From assembly GCA_965214705.1 (NCBI GenBank), contig OZ243972.1:1568001-1632000 (forward strand): a stretch of DNA of 64,000 nucleotides, given 5' to 3'. This document shows, one piece after another, positions 20,637 to 30,997 of the stretch. Made by a program: the position numbers and the translations under genes. The DNA is from Alphaproteobacteria bacterium (GTDB lineage Bacteria > Pseudomonadota > Alphaproteobacteria > UBA828). Numbering within the stretch: the stretch's first letter is position 1; the number at the start of each line of letters is the position of its first letter. The notes below the pieces were generated by a model, which was given only the letters and a program-made list of their open reading frames with translations, made no database searches and was not told the DNA's origin.

Positions 20637-20840
20637 CTGCTGCCTTGCCCGAGACGTCCCCGGACGGACGGCACGGCTCGCGCTGCGCGCGGCGCCCGCC
20701 GCCCCGGCGCCGGCAGGAGCCGGAGAGGGGCCGGGACCCGGGCGTCCCCCCGGCAGCCGCGAGCGAGGTGCTCCCATGCTCTCCGATCCTGTCCGTCGTC
20801 CCGGCTTCGCCGGTACCGTCATGCGCGCCGGAGGCGCGCC

Positions 20841-21020
20841 ATGAACGCCACCGCCGTCGCCGCCGCCCTCGGCGCGCGCGCCGAGGAGGTCTGCCGGCGC
20901 TATCTCCCCCACGGCCGAAAGCACGGCCGCTACTGGACCGCCGGCGACGTTCGCGGCGCCCGCGGGCGATCGCTCTTCGTCCGCCTGGCTCCCCCCGGCG
21001 TCCCCGGCAAGTTCACCGAT
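20841..21020 (+). pseudogene. Toprim/primase-like gene, 5' fragment
   Basis: MNATAVAAALGARAEEVCRRYLP.G...GRYW.AGDV...GKFTD, then breaks at the inserted repeat. Confidence 0.85.
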
Positions 21021-21972
21021 TATGTTGCGCCGGTGGTTATGTTGCGGCCCGGCGCTGGGCGGCGCAGCTGCACGCGCTTTGCGGTTTCTCGGCAACATAA
21101 CCTCAGTCCCGCGGGGAGGGTCGCGTGATGCCGCGCGACGCTTCCGAGCTGGCACGGCGCCTCGCGCGCGACGCCGAGGCGGTCTGCCGCCACTATCTGT
21201 CGAAGGGTCGGCGTCAGGGCCGCTACTGGATGGTGGGCGACGTGCGCAACACGCCCGGCCGGTCGATGTACGTGCGGCTGAGCGGGCCGGAGGCCGGCCC
21301 TGGGGCCGCCGGGCGCTGGAGCGATGCGGCCTCGGCCGAGCACGGCGACCTGCTCGACGTGATCCGCGAGAGCTGCGGGCTCACGGAGTTCCGCGAGGTC
21401 GCCGAGGAGGCGCGGCGCTTCCTGTCGCTGCCCCGGGCCGAACCGCCGGTCGCGTCAAGAGCGCCCGCCCCGAGGGGCTCGGCCGAAGCTGCGCGCAGGC
21501 TCTGGGCGATCGCCAGACCGATCGCCGGCACGCTGGCCGAGGCGTACCTGCGCAACCGCGGGATCGTACATCTGACGAGCTGCGAAGCGCTCCGCTTCCA
21601 TCCGCGCTGCTGGTATCGCCCGGATGGGCATGCGCCGACCGAGACCTGGCCGGCGATGATCGCCGCCGTCACCGACCTCTCGGGCGCGATCACCGGCGTG
21701 CATCGCACCTGGATCGCCCCGGACGGGTTGGGCAAGGCGCCGATCGATACGCCGCGACGCGCGATGGGCGACCTTCTCGGCCATGCCGTCCGGTTCGGTG
21801 CGGCCGGCAACGTCCTCGCCGCCGGCGAAGGCATCGAGACGATGCTGTCGCTGCGATGCGCGCTGCCCGCCATGCCCATGGCGGCGGCGCTCTCGGCGAA
21901 CCACCTCGCCGCCCTCGAACTGGCTGCCGGTCTGCGACGGCTCTACATCGCGCGAGACAACGATCCCGCAGG
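21019..21972 (+). repeat. ~954-bp inverted repeat, left arm (pairs with 25616-26569)
   Basis: Identical translations in several frames on opposite strands; begins ttatgttgcgccggtggttatgttgcgg. Confidence 0.95.
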
Positions 21973-22171
21973 CGATACGGCGGTCGCGGTGCTCACCGAA
22001 CGAGCCGAAGCGGCCGGCATCGAAGCGCTAGCCCTCGCTCCGCGCCTCGGCGACCTCAACGAGGATCTGCAAGCGTTCGACTTGGGCGCCGTCCGCGCAT
22101 TTGTGCGCATCCAACTCGCCCCCGAGGACGCGGTTCGCTTCATGCGCCGGCGGACAGTTGGGACGGGGTGA
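21125..22171 (+). CDS. Toprim-domain primase-like protein (copy 1)
   Basis: GEGIET and DND toprim motifs; EHGDLLD; homologous to the split resident gene. Confidence 0.88.
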   Translation: MMPRDASELARRLARDAEAVCRHYLSKGRRQGRYWMVGDVRNTPGRSMYVRLSGPEAGPGAAGRWSDAASAEHGDLLDVIRESCGLTEFREVAEEARRFLSLPRAEPPVASRAPAPRGSAEAARRLWAIARPIAGTLAEAYLRNRGIVHLTSCEALRFHPRCWYRPDGHAPTETWPAMIAAVTDLSGAITGVHRTWIAPDGLGKAPIDTPRRAMGDLLGHAVRFGAAGNVLAAGEGIETMLSLRCALPAMPMAAALSANHLAALELAAGLRRLYIARDNDPAGDTAVAVLTERAEAAGIEALALAPRLGDLNEDLQAFDLGAVRAFVRIQLAPEDAVRFMRRRTVGTG

Positions 22172-22195
22172 CCGAGGCCGGTGCCCCGTCGCCGC

Positions 22196-23191
22196 TTACA
22201 ACGCCTTCAGGAAGGCCATGAGGTCCTTGTCCTCCTTCCATGACCGAGCGGGTCGCGGCTGGCCCACCTCGCACATCGCGACGGCGTTGGCCTTCAGCGT
22301 CAGGTCGATCTCGGTATAGATGTTGGTCGTGCTGATCGAGACGTGTCCGAGCCAGGCACGGATGGTGTTGATGTCCACATCGGCGAGGGCCAGGTGGCAG
22401 GCCGTGGTGTGCCGGATCACGTGCGGCGTCACCGTCCGATCGGCCAGTTCCGGGACCTGGGCCGCACACCGCTCGATCAGCCGATAGACGCCGAAGCGGG
22501 TGAACGGTGTCCCGAGCCGGCTGACGAACACCGCGTCATCGCCTGCGCGATCGCTGATCTCCTCCGCGAGTACGCGCTCGGTTTCCGGCCATAGCGGGCA
22601 CTGGCGCGTCTTGCCGCCCTTGCCGTGCAAGGTGGCGAGATCGTGCCCGCCTTTCCGCGTTCCGATCTGCAGATCGCATACCCTCAGCTGGATGGCCTCG
22701 GACACTCTTGCGCCGGTGTTGTACAGGAAGAGCATAAGCGCGTACTCGCTCCGGCCCCGCCGGGTCTTGCGGTCGGGCGTCGCCAGCATCGCCTCCATCT
22801 CCGCCCGGGTCAGCCATCCGACCGGCGGCGGCACCGATCTCTTCGACGCGATCGCCCGGATATGACCGCACCATTCGACATGGACCGGGTCGCGGCTGCC
22901 GACGAAGCGCGCGAAGGCCTGGATCGCAGCCAGTCGCTGATTGCGAGTCCGGACGGAGCAACCTCGATCCGTCTCGACATGGGCGAGGAACTCCCGCACG
23001 CATCCGGATGTGATGTCCCATACCGCGAGCCGGTCTACGGGCTTGCGCACCTTTCGGCTGACGAAGGGCAACAACAGGCGGAAGGTGTCGCGGTAGCTCT
23101 TGCGGGTGTTCCTGGCCAGATTGCGTTCGGTGACGATGTGCTCGGTGAAGAACCGGCGGAGCCACGGGCCGAGGGTTGCGGGCTCAGGCAT
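22196..23191 (-). CDS. RIT tyrosine recombinase C
   Basis: RN...NT..SYRDTF.LLL, RNQRLAAI, GARVSE, HVIRH, LGH, IY. Confidence 0.9.
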   Translation of the reverse strand: MPEPATLGPWLRRFFTEHIVTERNLARNTRKSYRDTFRLLLPFVSRKVRKPVDRLAVWDITSGCVREFLAHVETDRGCSVRTRNQRLAAIQAFARFVGSRDPVHVEWCGHIRAIASKRSVPPPVGWLTRAEMEAMLATPDRKTRRGRSEYALMLFLYNTGARVSEAIQLRVCDLQIGTRKGGHDLATLHGKGGKTRQCPLWPETERVLAEEISDRAGDDAVFVSRLGTPFTRFGVYRLIERCAAQVPELADRTVTPHVIRHTTACHLALADVDINTIRAWLGHVSISTTNIYTEIDLTLKANAVAMCEVGQPRPARSWKEDKDLMAFLKAL

Positions 23192-24134
23192 GCCGACCTC
23201 CCGCCGCATAGCGGGCGAACCGTAGCGACGCCTCTTCCAGGAGCTCCGGCGTCATCGACAGATAGATCTTCGTGCCCTCCAGATCGGCGTGACCGAGATA
23301 GGTGGAGAGCACCGGCAGCAGCCGTTGCACATCAGCGCCTTGCCGATACCAGCTCGTCAGGCGGTGGACGGCGAAGCTGTGCCGCAGATCGTGCAGCCGC
23401 GGGATCGTCCGCCCCGCCGCGGGACGGTGGACCCCGGCGAGGCGCCTCAGCGTGTCGAACGCGGCCAGCACCGTGCTACTGGCGAGCCGCGTCCCGTCCC
23501 GGTTCGCCAGGAGCAACGCGTCCCGGCCTTCCACCAGTCCGGCGCGCTGGCGCAGGGTCACGTGGCTTCCCAGAAGCGCTGCAAGCTGAGGGCCGACCGG
23601 GACCAGCCGGCTCTTGTAGAACTTGGTGGCCCGGATGGTCAGGACGGCGTTCGCCAGATCGACGTCGGCAAGGGAGAGGCGAGTCGCCTCCCCGAATCGT
23701 AGGCCCGCGCCGTACAAGAGCAGAAGCAGCGTCCGGAACGTCACCGCGTCCAGCTGGACTGCGCGGCGCCGGCTCGCTTCCACGGTCGCGGGGTCGAACA
23801 GGCGCGCAAGTTCGTCGCGCGAGTAGATGTAGGGCGGCGCTCGGACGGGCGATCTCGGTGCGTCGGCCGGCATCGGTGAGCGGGACGCATGGCCGCGGCT
23901 GATCGCATGGCGCCAGAAGCCGGCAAGCGCATAGTATCTGTTCTCGCAGTGGCGCCTCGACACGCCTTCGCCCGCGAGATACGCCCGTACCTGCCCGGCG
24001 TTGATCGCGTCGCAGGCGGCTTCGCCATCGGCATGGTGAAGGAAGCCGCGCAACAAGCTCGCGCCGCTCGTGAACTTCGCGCCGTGAGCCTGTCGCCAGA
24101 GCACGTAGCGTTCGATCGCTTCTCGCAGGTTCAT
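23184..24134 (-). CDS. RIT tyrosine recombinase B
   Basis: PYIYS, GLRFGE, TKFYKSRLVP, HDLRHSFAV.RL..WY, LSTYLGH. Confidence 0.9.
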   Translation of the reverse strand: MNLREAIERYVLWRQAHGAKFTSGASLLRGFLHHADGEAACDAINAGQVRAYLAGEGVSRRHCENRYYALAGFWRHAISRGHASRSPMPADAPRSPVRAPPYIYSRDELARLFDPATVEASRRRAVQLDAVTFRTLLLLLYGAGLRFGEATRLSLADVDLANAVLTIRATKFYKSRLVPVGPQLAALLGSHVTLRQRAGLVEGRDALLLANRDGTRLASSTVLAAFDTLRRLAGVHRPAAGRTIPRLHDLRHSFAVHRLTSWYRQGADVQRLLPVLSTYLGHADLEGTKIYLSMTPELLEEASLRFARYAAGGRHA

Positions 24135-25378
24135 ACCAGGCCCTCCATGTCGAGAGCCGCTACTTCGCGAAGCGCAGCGAGGTCGACCTTGGCGTAGATG
24201 GTGGTGGAGGTCGGATCTCGGTGCCCGAGGAAGTCGCCGATCACCTTCATCGACGTGCCCCGATCCAGCAGATGCTGGGCTGCGGCATGCCGCAGGGCGT
24301 GAGCCCCGCGTCGCCCGGTGACGACGCCGATGCCAGCCAGCCGATCGCGGACGATCTTGCCCAAGGCCTTCCGGTCGAGCGGTCGGATCGGCGCGCGTGT
24401 TGTCAAGAAGAGACTGCGCCCGAAGCCGGACGGCCGCGCCTCCCTGATGTAGCACAGGATGGCGTGGCCCACGCCCTGCGACAGCGGCCACAGATGAGTG
24501 CGTCCCGGTTTCGGACAGCGGACCCGGAGCATCGCGTTCTCCCAGTCCAGGTCATCGAGCTGCAGCCCGCCGACCTCTGCCGTCCGAAGCCCGTATGCGA
24601 TGAACAGCATCAGGATCGCCCGATCGCGCTTGTCGATGGCCCGGTCGCCCGTAACCGACGCCAGCAAGCGCACGACATCCTCGCGCGGCAGCCCCTTGGG
24701 CACGGCCTCGTCGGCCATGAAGCGGGGCGCCACGATGCCCGCGGCAAGGCCCTCTCGGCACCAGCCGCGCATCTCGGCGAACAGGAAGAACGCTCTCAGC
24801 CGCTGCGCATAATCATGCCGCGTCCGGCGGCTCCAGGCACCCCGCTCATGCTCCGCCGCCATGGCATCGTCGATGTCGGTCATGCCGACCGCGCTCAACT
24901 GCACGCCCTTGGCAGCCAGGTGCAGGAAGAAGTGGTCGGCCGCTTTGCAATAGCTCTGCACGGTCGCATCGGAGAGCCCGTGTTCCTCGCGCGACCATCG
25001 TGCGAAGGCCTGGACCTCGGCGTGATGCGGATGGCGGTCGTCATCGACCTCGTCGAGCCAGCCCAGGAAAGCGAGCCAGCGAACACCGTGGCTGACGAAG
25101 CGGTCGCGCGTCTTCGGTGTTGCGGCTCGGTCGCACCGACGACCTCCGGGCCGCGCCCATATCGTCGCGGCTGCCTCGATCCGCGACCGGTCCACCGGTT
25201 CGCCATCTTCGAGGTTGAGAAGACGCACCAGACTCAGCTGATCGTTGGCGCACTTGCGCAAGGTCGACCGTCTCGCGCCGGTCGCCTTGAGATGAGCGAG
25301 GTATCGCTCCCGCTGCTCCACCAGCGGCGCCTCTCGATACTTGTCGGCGGTGTAGGGGAAGAAGATGTCATCGAACAT
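24131..25378 (-). CDS. RIT tyrosine recombinase A
   Basis: RDRAIL, YGLRTAE, HALRH, LGH, IYAKVD..ALREVA; ggagg RBS. Confidence 0.9.
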   Translation of the reverse strand: MFDDIFFPYTADKYREAPLVEQRERYLAHLKATGARRSTLRKCANDQLSLVRLLNLEDGEPVDRSRIEAAATIWARPGGRRCDRAATPKTRDRFVSHGVRWLAFLGWLDEVDDDRHPHHAEVQAFARWSREEHGLSDATVQSYCKAADHFFLHLAAKGVQLSAVGMTDIDDAMAAEHERGAWSRRTRHDYAQRLRAFFLFAEMRGWCREGLAAGIVAPRFMADEAVPKGLPREDVVRLLASVTGDRAIDKRDRAILMLFIAYGLRTAEVGGLQLDDLDWENAMLRVRCPKPGRTHLWPLSQGVGHAILCYIREARPSGFGRSLFLTTRAPIRPLDRKALGKIVRDRLAGIGVVTGRRGAHALRHAAAQHLLDRGTSMKVIGDFLGHRDPTSTTIYAKVDLAALREVAALDMEGLV

Positions 25379-25434
25379 GTTGGCCTCCTTGTGGTTGGAG
25401 GCGCGAGTTTCCCGACGATGCAGGGTGATGGAAG

Positions 25435-26463
25435 CTATGTTGATCCCACGAGGGGCCTATCGGTCAGCGCGAGTTGGGTATGCAGGCGGCCACTCAGCAC
25501 CTCGACGCCGAGCCGGCGCAGGTCGCCGTTGAAGTCGTCCAGCGCGGGCACGAGCGTCAGCGCCTCGACGCCAGCGCCCCGCGCGCGATCGGCCAGGGTT
25601 CCCGCCGCACGCCGTCCTGCGGGATCGTTGTCTCGCGCGATGTAGAGCCGTCGCAGACCGGCAGCCAGTTCGAGGGCGGCGAGGTGGTTCGCCGAGAGCG
25701 CCGCCGCCATGGGCATGGCGGGCAGCGCGCATCGCAGCGACAGCATCGTCTCGATGCCTTCGCCGGCGGCGAGGACGTTGCCGGCCGCACCGAACCGGAC
25801 GGCATGGCCGAGAAGGTCGCCCATCGCGCGTCGCGGCGTATCGATCGGCGCCTTGCCCAACCCGTCCGGGGCGATCCAGGTGCGATGCACGCCGGTGATC
25901 GCGCCCGAGAGGTCGGTGACGGCGGCGATCATCGCCGGCCAGGTCTCGGTCGGCGCATGCCCATCCGGGCGATACCAGCAGCGCGGATGGAAGCGGAGCG
26001 CTTCGCAGCTCGTCAGATGTACGATCCCGCGGTTGCGCAGGTACGCCTCGGCCAGCGTGCCGGCGATCGGTCTGGCGATCGCCCAGAGCCTGCGCGCAGC
26101 TTCGGCCGAGCCCCTCGGGGCGGGCGCTCTTGACGCGACCGGCGGTTCGGCCCGGGGCAGCGACAGGAAGCGCCGCGCCTCCTCGGCGACCTCGCGGAAC
26201 TCCGTGAGCCCGCAGCTCTCGCGGATCACGTCGAGCAGGTCGCCGTGCTCGGCCGAGGCCGCATCGCTCCAGCGCCCGGCGGCCCCAGGGCCGGCCTCCG
26301 GCCCGCTCAGCCGCACGTACATCGACCGGCCGGGCGTGTTGCGCACGTCGCCCACCATCCAGTAGCGGCCCTGACGCCGACCCTTCGACAGATAGTGGCG
26401 GCAGACCGCCTCGGCGTCGCGCGCGAGGCGCCGTGCCAGCTCGGAAGCGTCGCGCGGCATCAC
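25435..26463 (-). CDS. Toprim-domain primase-like protein (copy 2, alternative C-terminus)
   Basis: Identical to copy 1 up to ...ARDNDPAG, then a diverged but homologous tail. Confidence 0.85.
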   Translation of the reverse strand: MMPRDASELARRLARDAEAVCRHYLSKGRRQGRYWMVGDVRNTPGRSMYVRLSGPEAGPGAAGRWSDAASAEHGDLLDVIRESCGLTEFREVAEEARRFLSLPRAEPPVASRAPAPRGSAEAARRLWAIARPIAGTLAEAYLRNRGIVHLTSCEALRFHPRCWYRPDGHAPTETWPAMIAAVTDLSGAITGVHRTWIAPDGLGKAPIDTPRRAMGDLLGHAVRFGAAGNVLAAGEGIETMLSLRCALPAMPMAAALSANHLAALELAAGLRRLYIARDNDPAGRRAAGTLADRARGAGVEALTLVPALDDFNGDLRRLGVEVLSGRLHTQLALTDRPLVGST

Positions 26464-26569
26464 GCGACCCTCCCCGCGGGACTGAGGTTATGTTGCCGAG
26501 AAACCGCAAAGCGCGTGCAGCTGCGCCGCCCAGCGCCGGGCCGCAACATAACCACCGGCGCAACATAAT
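25616..26569 (-). repeat. ~954-bp inverted repeat, right arm
   Basis: Reverse complement of 21019-21972. Confidence 0.95.
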
Positions 26570-26879
26570 GAATTGGCCTGTATCGGTCGTGCGCAGCAGG
26601 ACCGATACAGGCATTGAGCTGAGCCGCGCTGCACGGCCGTAGTGCCGGGCTATGGGGAAAGTAACCGCTGGGTGGGAGCCGATTAGGCCGAAGCGGTGCA
26701 ACCTGTTGGTGTCGCTGGCGGCGCCGGCACTCTGAATCTCCACTTATCAGGTTGCGACGCGGCTGTGCAGGGGCTCGCGACGATGTTTCGCCGCCGGGCA
26801 GCACGAAGCGGGCGCAGGAGCGGTCGCGGCGCGGCGGCCGGGGGGACTGTTGTCGGACCTTGTCGGTTCTGACGCATCG

Positions 26880-28100
26880 TCACGGCGGTCGGGTATTCGT
26901 CGCCCGCATGGCTGCTTGGGGCTGCGGCTCAAGAATGACGGTTTGCCGCAGCGTTGCCTCGCCGCACTGGCGGCACACGGTGATGTCGATCCCCGTCAGT
27001 CGCAGCATCATCTGCTGCGTCGTTTCCGGCTCCCGCGGTTCAGGGGCAGGCTGGCCGAGCAGGTCTCGGCAGCGGGCGAGCTTGCGAGCCCGGCAGCGAT
27101 TGGCGAGCAAGCCGTAGTGGCGCAGGCGGGTGAAGCCGCGCGGGAGGACGTGCAGGAGGAAGCGGCGGATGAACTCGTCGACGTCGAGACGCATCACCTT
27201 GACCTTGTTGCCGTCAGCGTAGTCGCGCCAACGGAAGCGAACGTGCTCGCCGTCGAAGTCGACGAGGCGATGATTGGCGATGGCAGCCTTGTGGGTGTAG
27301 CGCCCGAGATAGGCCAGAACGTGCCCGGCGCCGGCGAACGGGGCCTTGGTGTAGACCACCCAGTCGTTCGACCGCAGCGCGGTCTTCAGACACTCGAACT
27401 CGCGGCTGTCGTCACCACCGCCGACGACCTTGAGCCGGAGTTCGCCGTCGCGGTGCGCGGCGCCGAGGAAGTCGAGATACTTGCCGCGGAAGACCTTCGA
27501 GAGCGCGACCGTGGGGAACAGGAAGCCCTTGCGCGCGGGAGTGAGCCAGCGCTCTCTGTCCGGGCTCAGACCGCCGTCGGTGACGATACAGTGGACATGG
27601 ATGTGCTGTCCCAGATTCTGCCCCCAAGTGTGCAGCACCATGGTGATGCCGAGCTCGCCGCCGAGCCAGCGGGGATTGCGGCCGAACTCGAGCAGGGTCT
27701 GGGAGGCGGCCTTGAAGAGCAGCCTGTAGATGAGCGCGGTATTGCCCTGGGCCACGGGGTTGAGCTCGTGGGGCAGGGTGAACACGACATGCCAGTAGTC
27801 GATGTCGAGCAGATCGGCGCACTGACGCTCAACCCACCTGGTCTGCGAGAGGGTCTGGCACTTGGGGCAATGACGGTTCCGGCACGAGGCGTACTGGATC
27901 GTCACCGCCCCGCAGTGATCGCATTCTGCCTTGAACCCGCCGAGCACAGCGGTGCGGCAGTTCACCAGCGCGTCGACGACCCTCTGCTGCTGGGCCGAGA
28001 GCAGATGTGTCTCGCCATAGGCGTCGCCGCGCTCGCGCAGGATGTCCGCGACCTCCAGCGCCGGCCGTGTGGCTGGCGCCGCGTGGCCGACATGAGCCAC
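26880..28100 (-). CDS. IS91-family rolling-circle transposase
   Basis: SCRNRHCPKCQ zinc motif, HVVFTLP, LHTWG, HIHVH (HUH), YLGRY (Y2), RHYGLL. Confidence 0.93.
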   Translation of the reverse strand: MAHVGHAAPATRPALEVADILRERGDAYGETHLLSAQQQRVVDALVNCRTAVLGGFKAECDHCGAVTIQYASCRNRHCPKCQTLSQTRWVERQCADLLDIDYWHVVFTLPHELNPVAQGNTALIYRLLFKAASQTLLEFGRNPRWLGGELGITMVLHTWGQNLGQHIHVHCIVTDGGLSPDRERWLTPARKGFLFPTVALSKVFRGKYLDFLGAAHRDGELRLKVVGGGDDSREFECLKTALRSNDWVVYTKAPFAGAGHVLAYLGRYTHKAAIANHRLVDFDGEHVRFRWRDYADGNKVKVMRLDVDEFIRRFLLHVLPRGFTRLRHYGLLANRCRARKLARCRDLLGQPAPEPREPETTQQMMLRLTGIDITVCRQCGEATLRQTVILEPQPQAAMRATNTRPP

Positions 28101-28103
28101 CGG

Positions 28104-28958
28104 TCAGGCCTGGGCAGGACGCGGAAACTCCAGCAGGTCCAGGGGCGACGGCGTGGCGGACGTCTTGTCGTGAGCAAGGTGAAGGTAGCGCATGGTCGAG
28201 CGGATTGAGGTGTGCCCGAGGCGGCGTTGGATGACATGCAGCTCGACGCCGGCCTCGAGGAGCCCGGTGGCGTAGCAATGGCGCAGCGTGTGGATCCCGC
28301 CGGGCTTGGCGATCCCGGCTTTGTCCTTGGCTCGATCGTAAACGTGTGCTGGCCCATGGCGCGTCATCGGCCGGCCGGGAATCCGACCGGGGAACAGCCA
28401 GTGCTCGGGCCGTACCCGCTGCCAGTACTCGCGCAGCTCGTCGAGCAGCCGGGGCGAGAGCGGGACGTAGCGGTCCTTGTTGCCCTTGCCCTGATCGACG
28501 CGCAGGCACATCCGCTGTGAGTCGATATCGCTGATCTGCAACCGGCCGAGCTCGCTCGCCCGAAGCCCCGCTGCATAGGCCGTCATCAGCAAGGCGCGGT
28601 GCTTGCGGTTGATGGTGACGCTGAACAGCCGCACCAGTTCGTCTTGGTTGAGCAGTACGGGCAGGGTGGAAGGCGTCTTGGCGAAGGGCAGATAGAAGTG
28701 CGGCTCGGGCAAGCCCAGCGTGATGCGATAGAGGAAGCGGATCCCTTGGCGAGCGCTGTTGCAGCTCTGCCAAGCCAGCCCCCGCTCTTCGTGAAGAAAG
28801 ATGAGGTACTCCTGGACTTCCTCCGCTGAGATGTGCTCGGGGCTGCGACCGTAGTGAACCGCGAGCCCGGAGACCGAGTTGAGGTAGGACTTCCTGGTGT
28901 TCTCGGCGAAGCCGCGAACCGTCATGTCGTTGATCATGCGCTGGCGAAGTGCCGTCAT
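28104..28958 (-). CDS. Tyrosine recombinase (IS91-associated type)
   Basis: MTALRQRMI.DM, GLRASE, GKGNKDR, HTLRH, LGH, RYLH. Confidence 0.93.
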   Translation of the reverse strand: MTALRQRMINDMTVRGFAENTRKSYLNSVSGLAVHYGRSPEHISAEEVQEYLIFLHEERGLAWQSCNSARQGIRFLYRITLGLPEPHFYLPFAKTPSTLPVLLNQDELVRLFSVTINRKHRALLMTAYAAGLRASELGRLQISDIDSQRMCLRVDQGKGNKDRYVPLSPRLLDELREYWQRVRPEHWLFPGRIPGRPMTRHGPAHVYDRAKDKAGIAKPGGIHTLRHCYATGLLEAGVELHVIQRRLGHTSIRSTMRYLHLAHDKTSATPSPLDLLEFPRPAQA

Positions 28959-29281
28959 GGGGCGTCTCCCTCTGGGTTTGGTCTGTCACGAAGACACGCC
29001 CATGCTCTTGCTCGCCGGCTTGGCGGTCGACGACCATCGATCAACGAGGGAGAAACAGGATTCGACCCTGCGCCCAGACGCTGGAGCGAACGGCCACACT
29101 CAACTTACGCGCGGCAAGGAGATCACTCTGGGCACCCGGCGGCCGAGGCGCCCCGCCGCGGAACGCGGCTCAGTTCAATCGGTCTTATGTGCAGTTGAAC
29201 AGTAAGCGTTACGCAGACCCCATGCCGGAATCTGGGTTGACTACGAGGGGGACTTGTTGAGGAGCGCCGTGAGCGCGCGAG

Positions 29282-30997
29282 TCAATTTGTCTCGGGCTCG
29301 AAGTTCCACGGCAGCAGTTCCTGGATTTTGGACTGCGGGTGACCCTTGGCGATCTTCTCGAGCGTGCTCCGCATCCAGGCGTAAGGCTCGACGCCGTTCA
29401 TCTTGCAGGTCTCGATCAGCGATGCGATGCGGGCCCAGGCTTGCGCACCCTCGTCGTTGCCGGCGAAGAGCGCATTCTTGGCGGTGAGCTTCAGCGGGCG
29501 GATTCGGTTTTCCACCAGGTTCGAGTCGATCTCGACGCGGCCGTCGTGCAGGAACTCCAGCAGCCCGTCCCACTGGTTGGCGATATAGGTGAGCTTCTCG
29601 CCGAGACGCGAGCGCGGTGAGACCCGCGAGCGCTGTTCGTCGAGCCAGACACCGAAGGCGTTCACGATCGGCGCCGACTCCTCCCAGCGGATCGCCTGAC
29701 GCGTCGCCGGCGGCTCGCCCCGGATCTTCTCCTCGATCGCATAGAGCGTCGCGATCCGCTTCAGGCCAGCCAGCGCGATCGGCGAGGCGCTCGAGTCGTA
29801 CACCTCTTTCAGCTTGCGCCTGACGTGCGCCCAGCACAGAGCCCGCGTCACGGGGCCGCCGGGCCGGTCCGGCCGCGCCAGGATGTTGTGGCCCGAGTAG
29901 GCGTCGAGCTGCACCGTCCCCGAAAAGCCCTTCAAGAGCCTGGCGCCATACTTGCCGCCGCGACCGGGCTCATAGCGATAGACAACGCCCGGCGGGTCGG
30001 CGCCGCTCCAGTGGCGCTCGTCGCGCACAAGGGTCCACATGTAGCCCGTCTTCGTCTTGCCCCGGCCCGGGTCGAGAACGCGGATCGTGGTCTCGTCCAG
30101 ACCCAGGTGATCCGACTTCTTCAGCTCATCCTTCAGGCAAGCGACCACGGGGCGCAGGTGAAACGACGCCTGCCCCACCCACGTCGCCAGCGTCGCACGG
30201 TGAACCTCGATCCCCGAGCGCTCGTAAATCTGCGACTGACGGTAGAGCGGGCAATGATCGCCGTACTTCGCGATCAGCACCTGCGCCAGAAGAGCCTCGG
30301 TGGGAAGGCCGCCCTCCACCAGAGAGGCGGGCGCCGACGCCTGCACCACCCCGCCGCCCTTGCACTTGTTGCAGGCGTAGCGGGGGCGCACGGTCTCGAT
30401 GACGGTGAACTTCGCCGGCTCATAGTCCAGCCGCTCGCTGCGGTCCTCGCCGATCTTCGTCATCTCGCCGCAGCCGCAGGGGCACATGATCGTGTCCGGC
30501 TCGATCACCTCCTCGCGCCGGTCGACCTGGGGCCCGAAGCGCACCCCGCTGCGCGACCCCCGGGAAGAGCGCCGCCGGCGCTTGCCGCCAGCCCCCTCGT
30601 CCTGCTCCTGGTCATCTGCCTCGGGCCGACCGCCGGCTTCAGCGATCGCCGCCCAAAACTCCTCGAACGTAAGCTGGCGCTCGTCCTCGTTGAGCTTCTC
30701 GGAGCGCGGACCGAACAGCGCCTTCCTGAGCTCCTTGTTGAGATGCTCAAGCCGGCTGATCTGCTCCGCGCTGTGCGCGTTCTCGGCCTCCAGCCGTGCC
30801 GCCCGCGCTTCCGCCGTCTGCCTCGCCGCCTCCGCCGCGCCGCGTGCCTGCTCCGCTTCGCATAGGGCTGCTTCGGTCGCACGGCGCGCCGCGCGCTCCT
30901 CGGCAAGCTCCGCCTGCAGGGTCGCCAGCGCCGCCGAAACCACCGCAGGCGACGGCGAACCGGCGCTGCTGAGGGGTGAGGGCGTGACCTTCGGCAT
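29282..30997 (-). CDS. tnpC: IS66 transposase TnpC
   Basis: FGPRSE, KYGDHCPLYRQ, DET, CWAHVRR, IETCKMNGVEP. Confidence 0.93.
   Translation of the reverse strand: MPKVTPSPLSSAGSPSPAVVSAALATLQAELAEERAARRATEAALCEAEQARGAAEAARQTAEARAARLEAENAHSAEQISRLEHLNKELRKALFGPRSEKLNEDERQLTFEEFWAAIAEAGGRPEADDQEQDEGAGGKRRRRSSRGSRSGVRFGPQVDRREEVIEPDTIMCPCGCGEMTKIGEDRSERLDYEPAKFTVIETVRPRYACNKCKGGGVVQASAPASLVEGGLPTEALLAQVLIAKYGDHCPLYRQSQIYERSGIEVHRATLATWVGQASFHLRPVVACLKDELKKSDHLGLDETTIRVLDPGRGKTKTGYMWTLVRDERHWSGADPPGVVYRYEPGRGGKYGARLLKGFSGTVQLDAYSGHNILARPDRPGGPVTRALCWAHVRRKLKEVYDSSASPIALAGLKRIATLYAIEEKIRGEPPATRQAIRWEESAPIVNAFGVWLDEQRSRVSPRSRLGEKLTYIANQWDGLLEFLHDGRVEIDSNLVENRIRPLKLTAKNALFAGNDEGAQAWARIASLIETCKMNGVEPYAWMRSTLEKIAKGHPQSKIQELLPWNFEPETN

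Larger units (their letters stand above)
21019..26569. mobile_element. RIT (recombinase-in-trio) element with primase cargo
   Basis: Three overlapping tyrosine recombinase genes; TTATGTTG repeats at both ends. Confidence 0.8.
26613..29179 (-). mobile_element. IS91-like element with accessory tyrosine recombinase
   Basis: Recombinase plus HUH/Y2 transposase; bounded by inverted attgagctgagccgcg / cgcggctcagttcaat. Confidence 0.75.
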
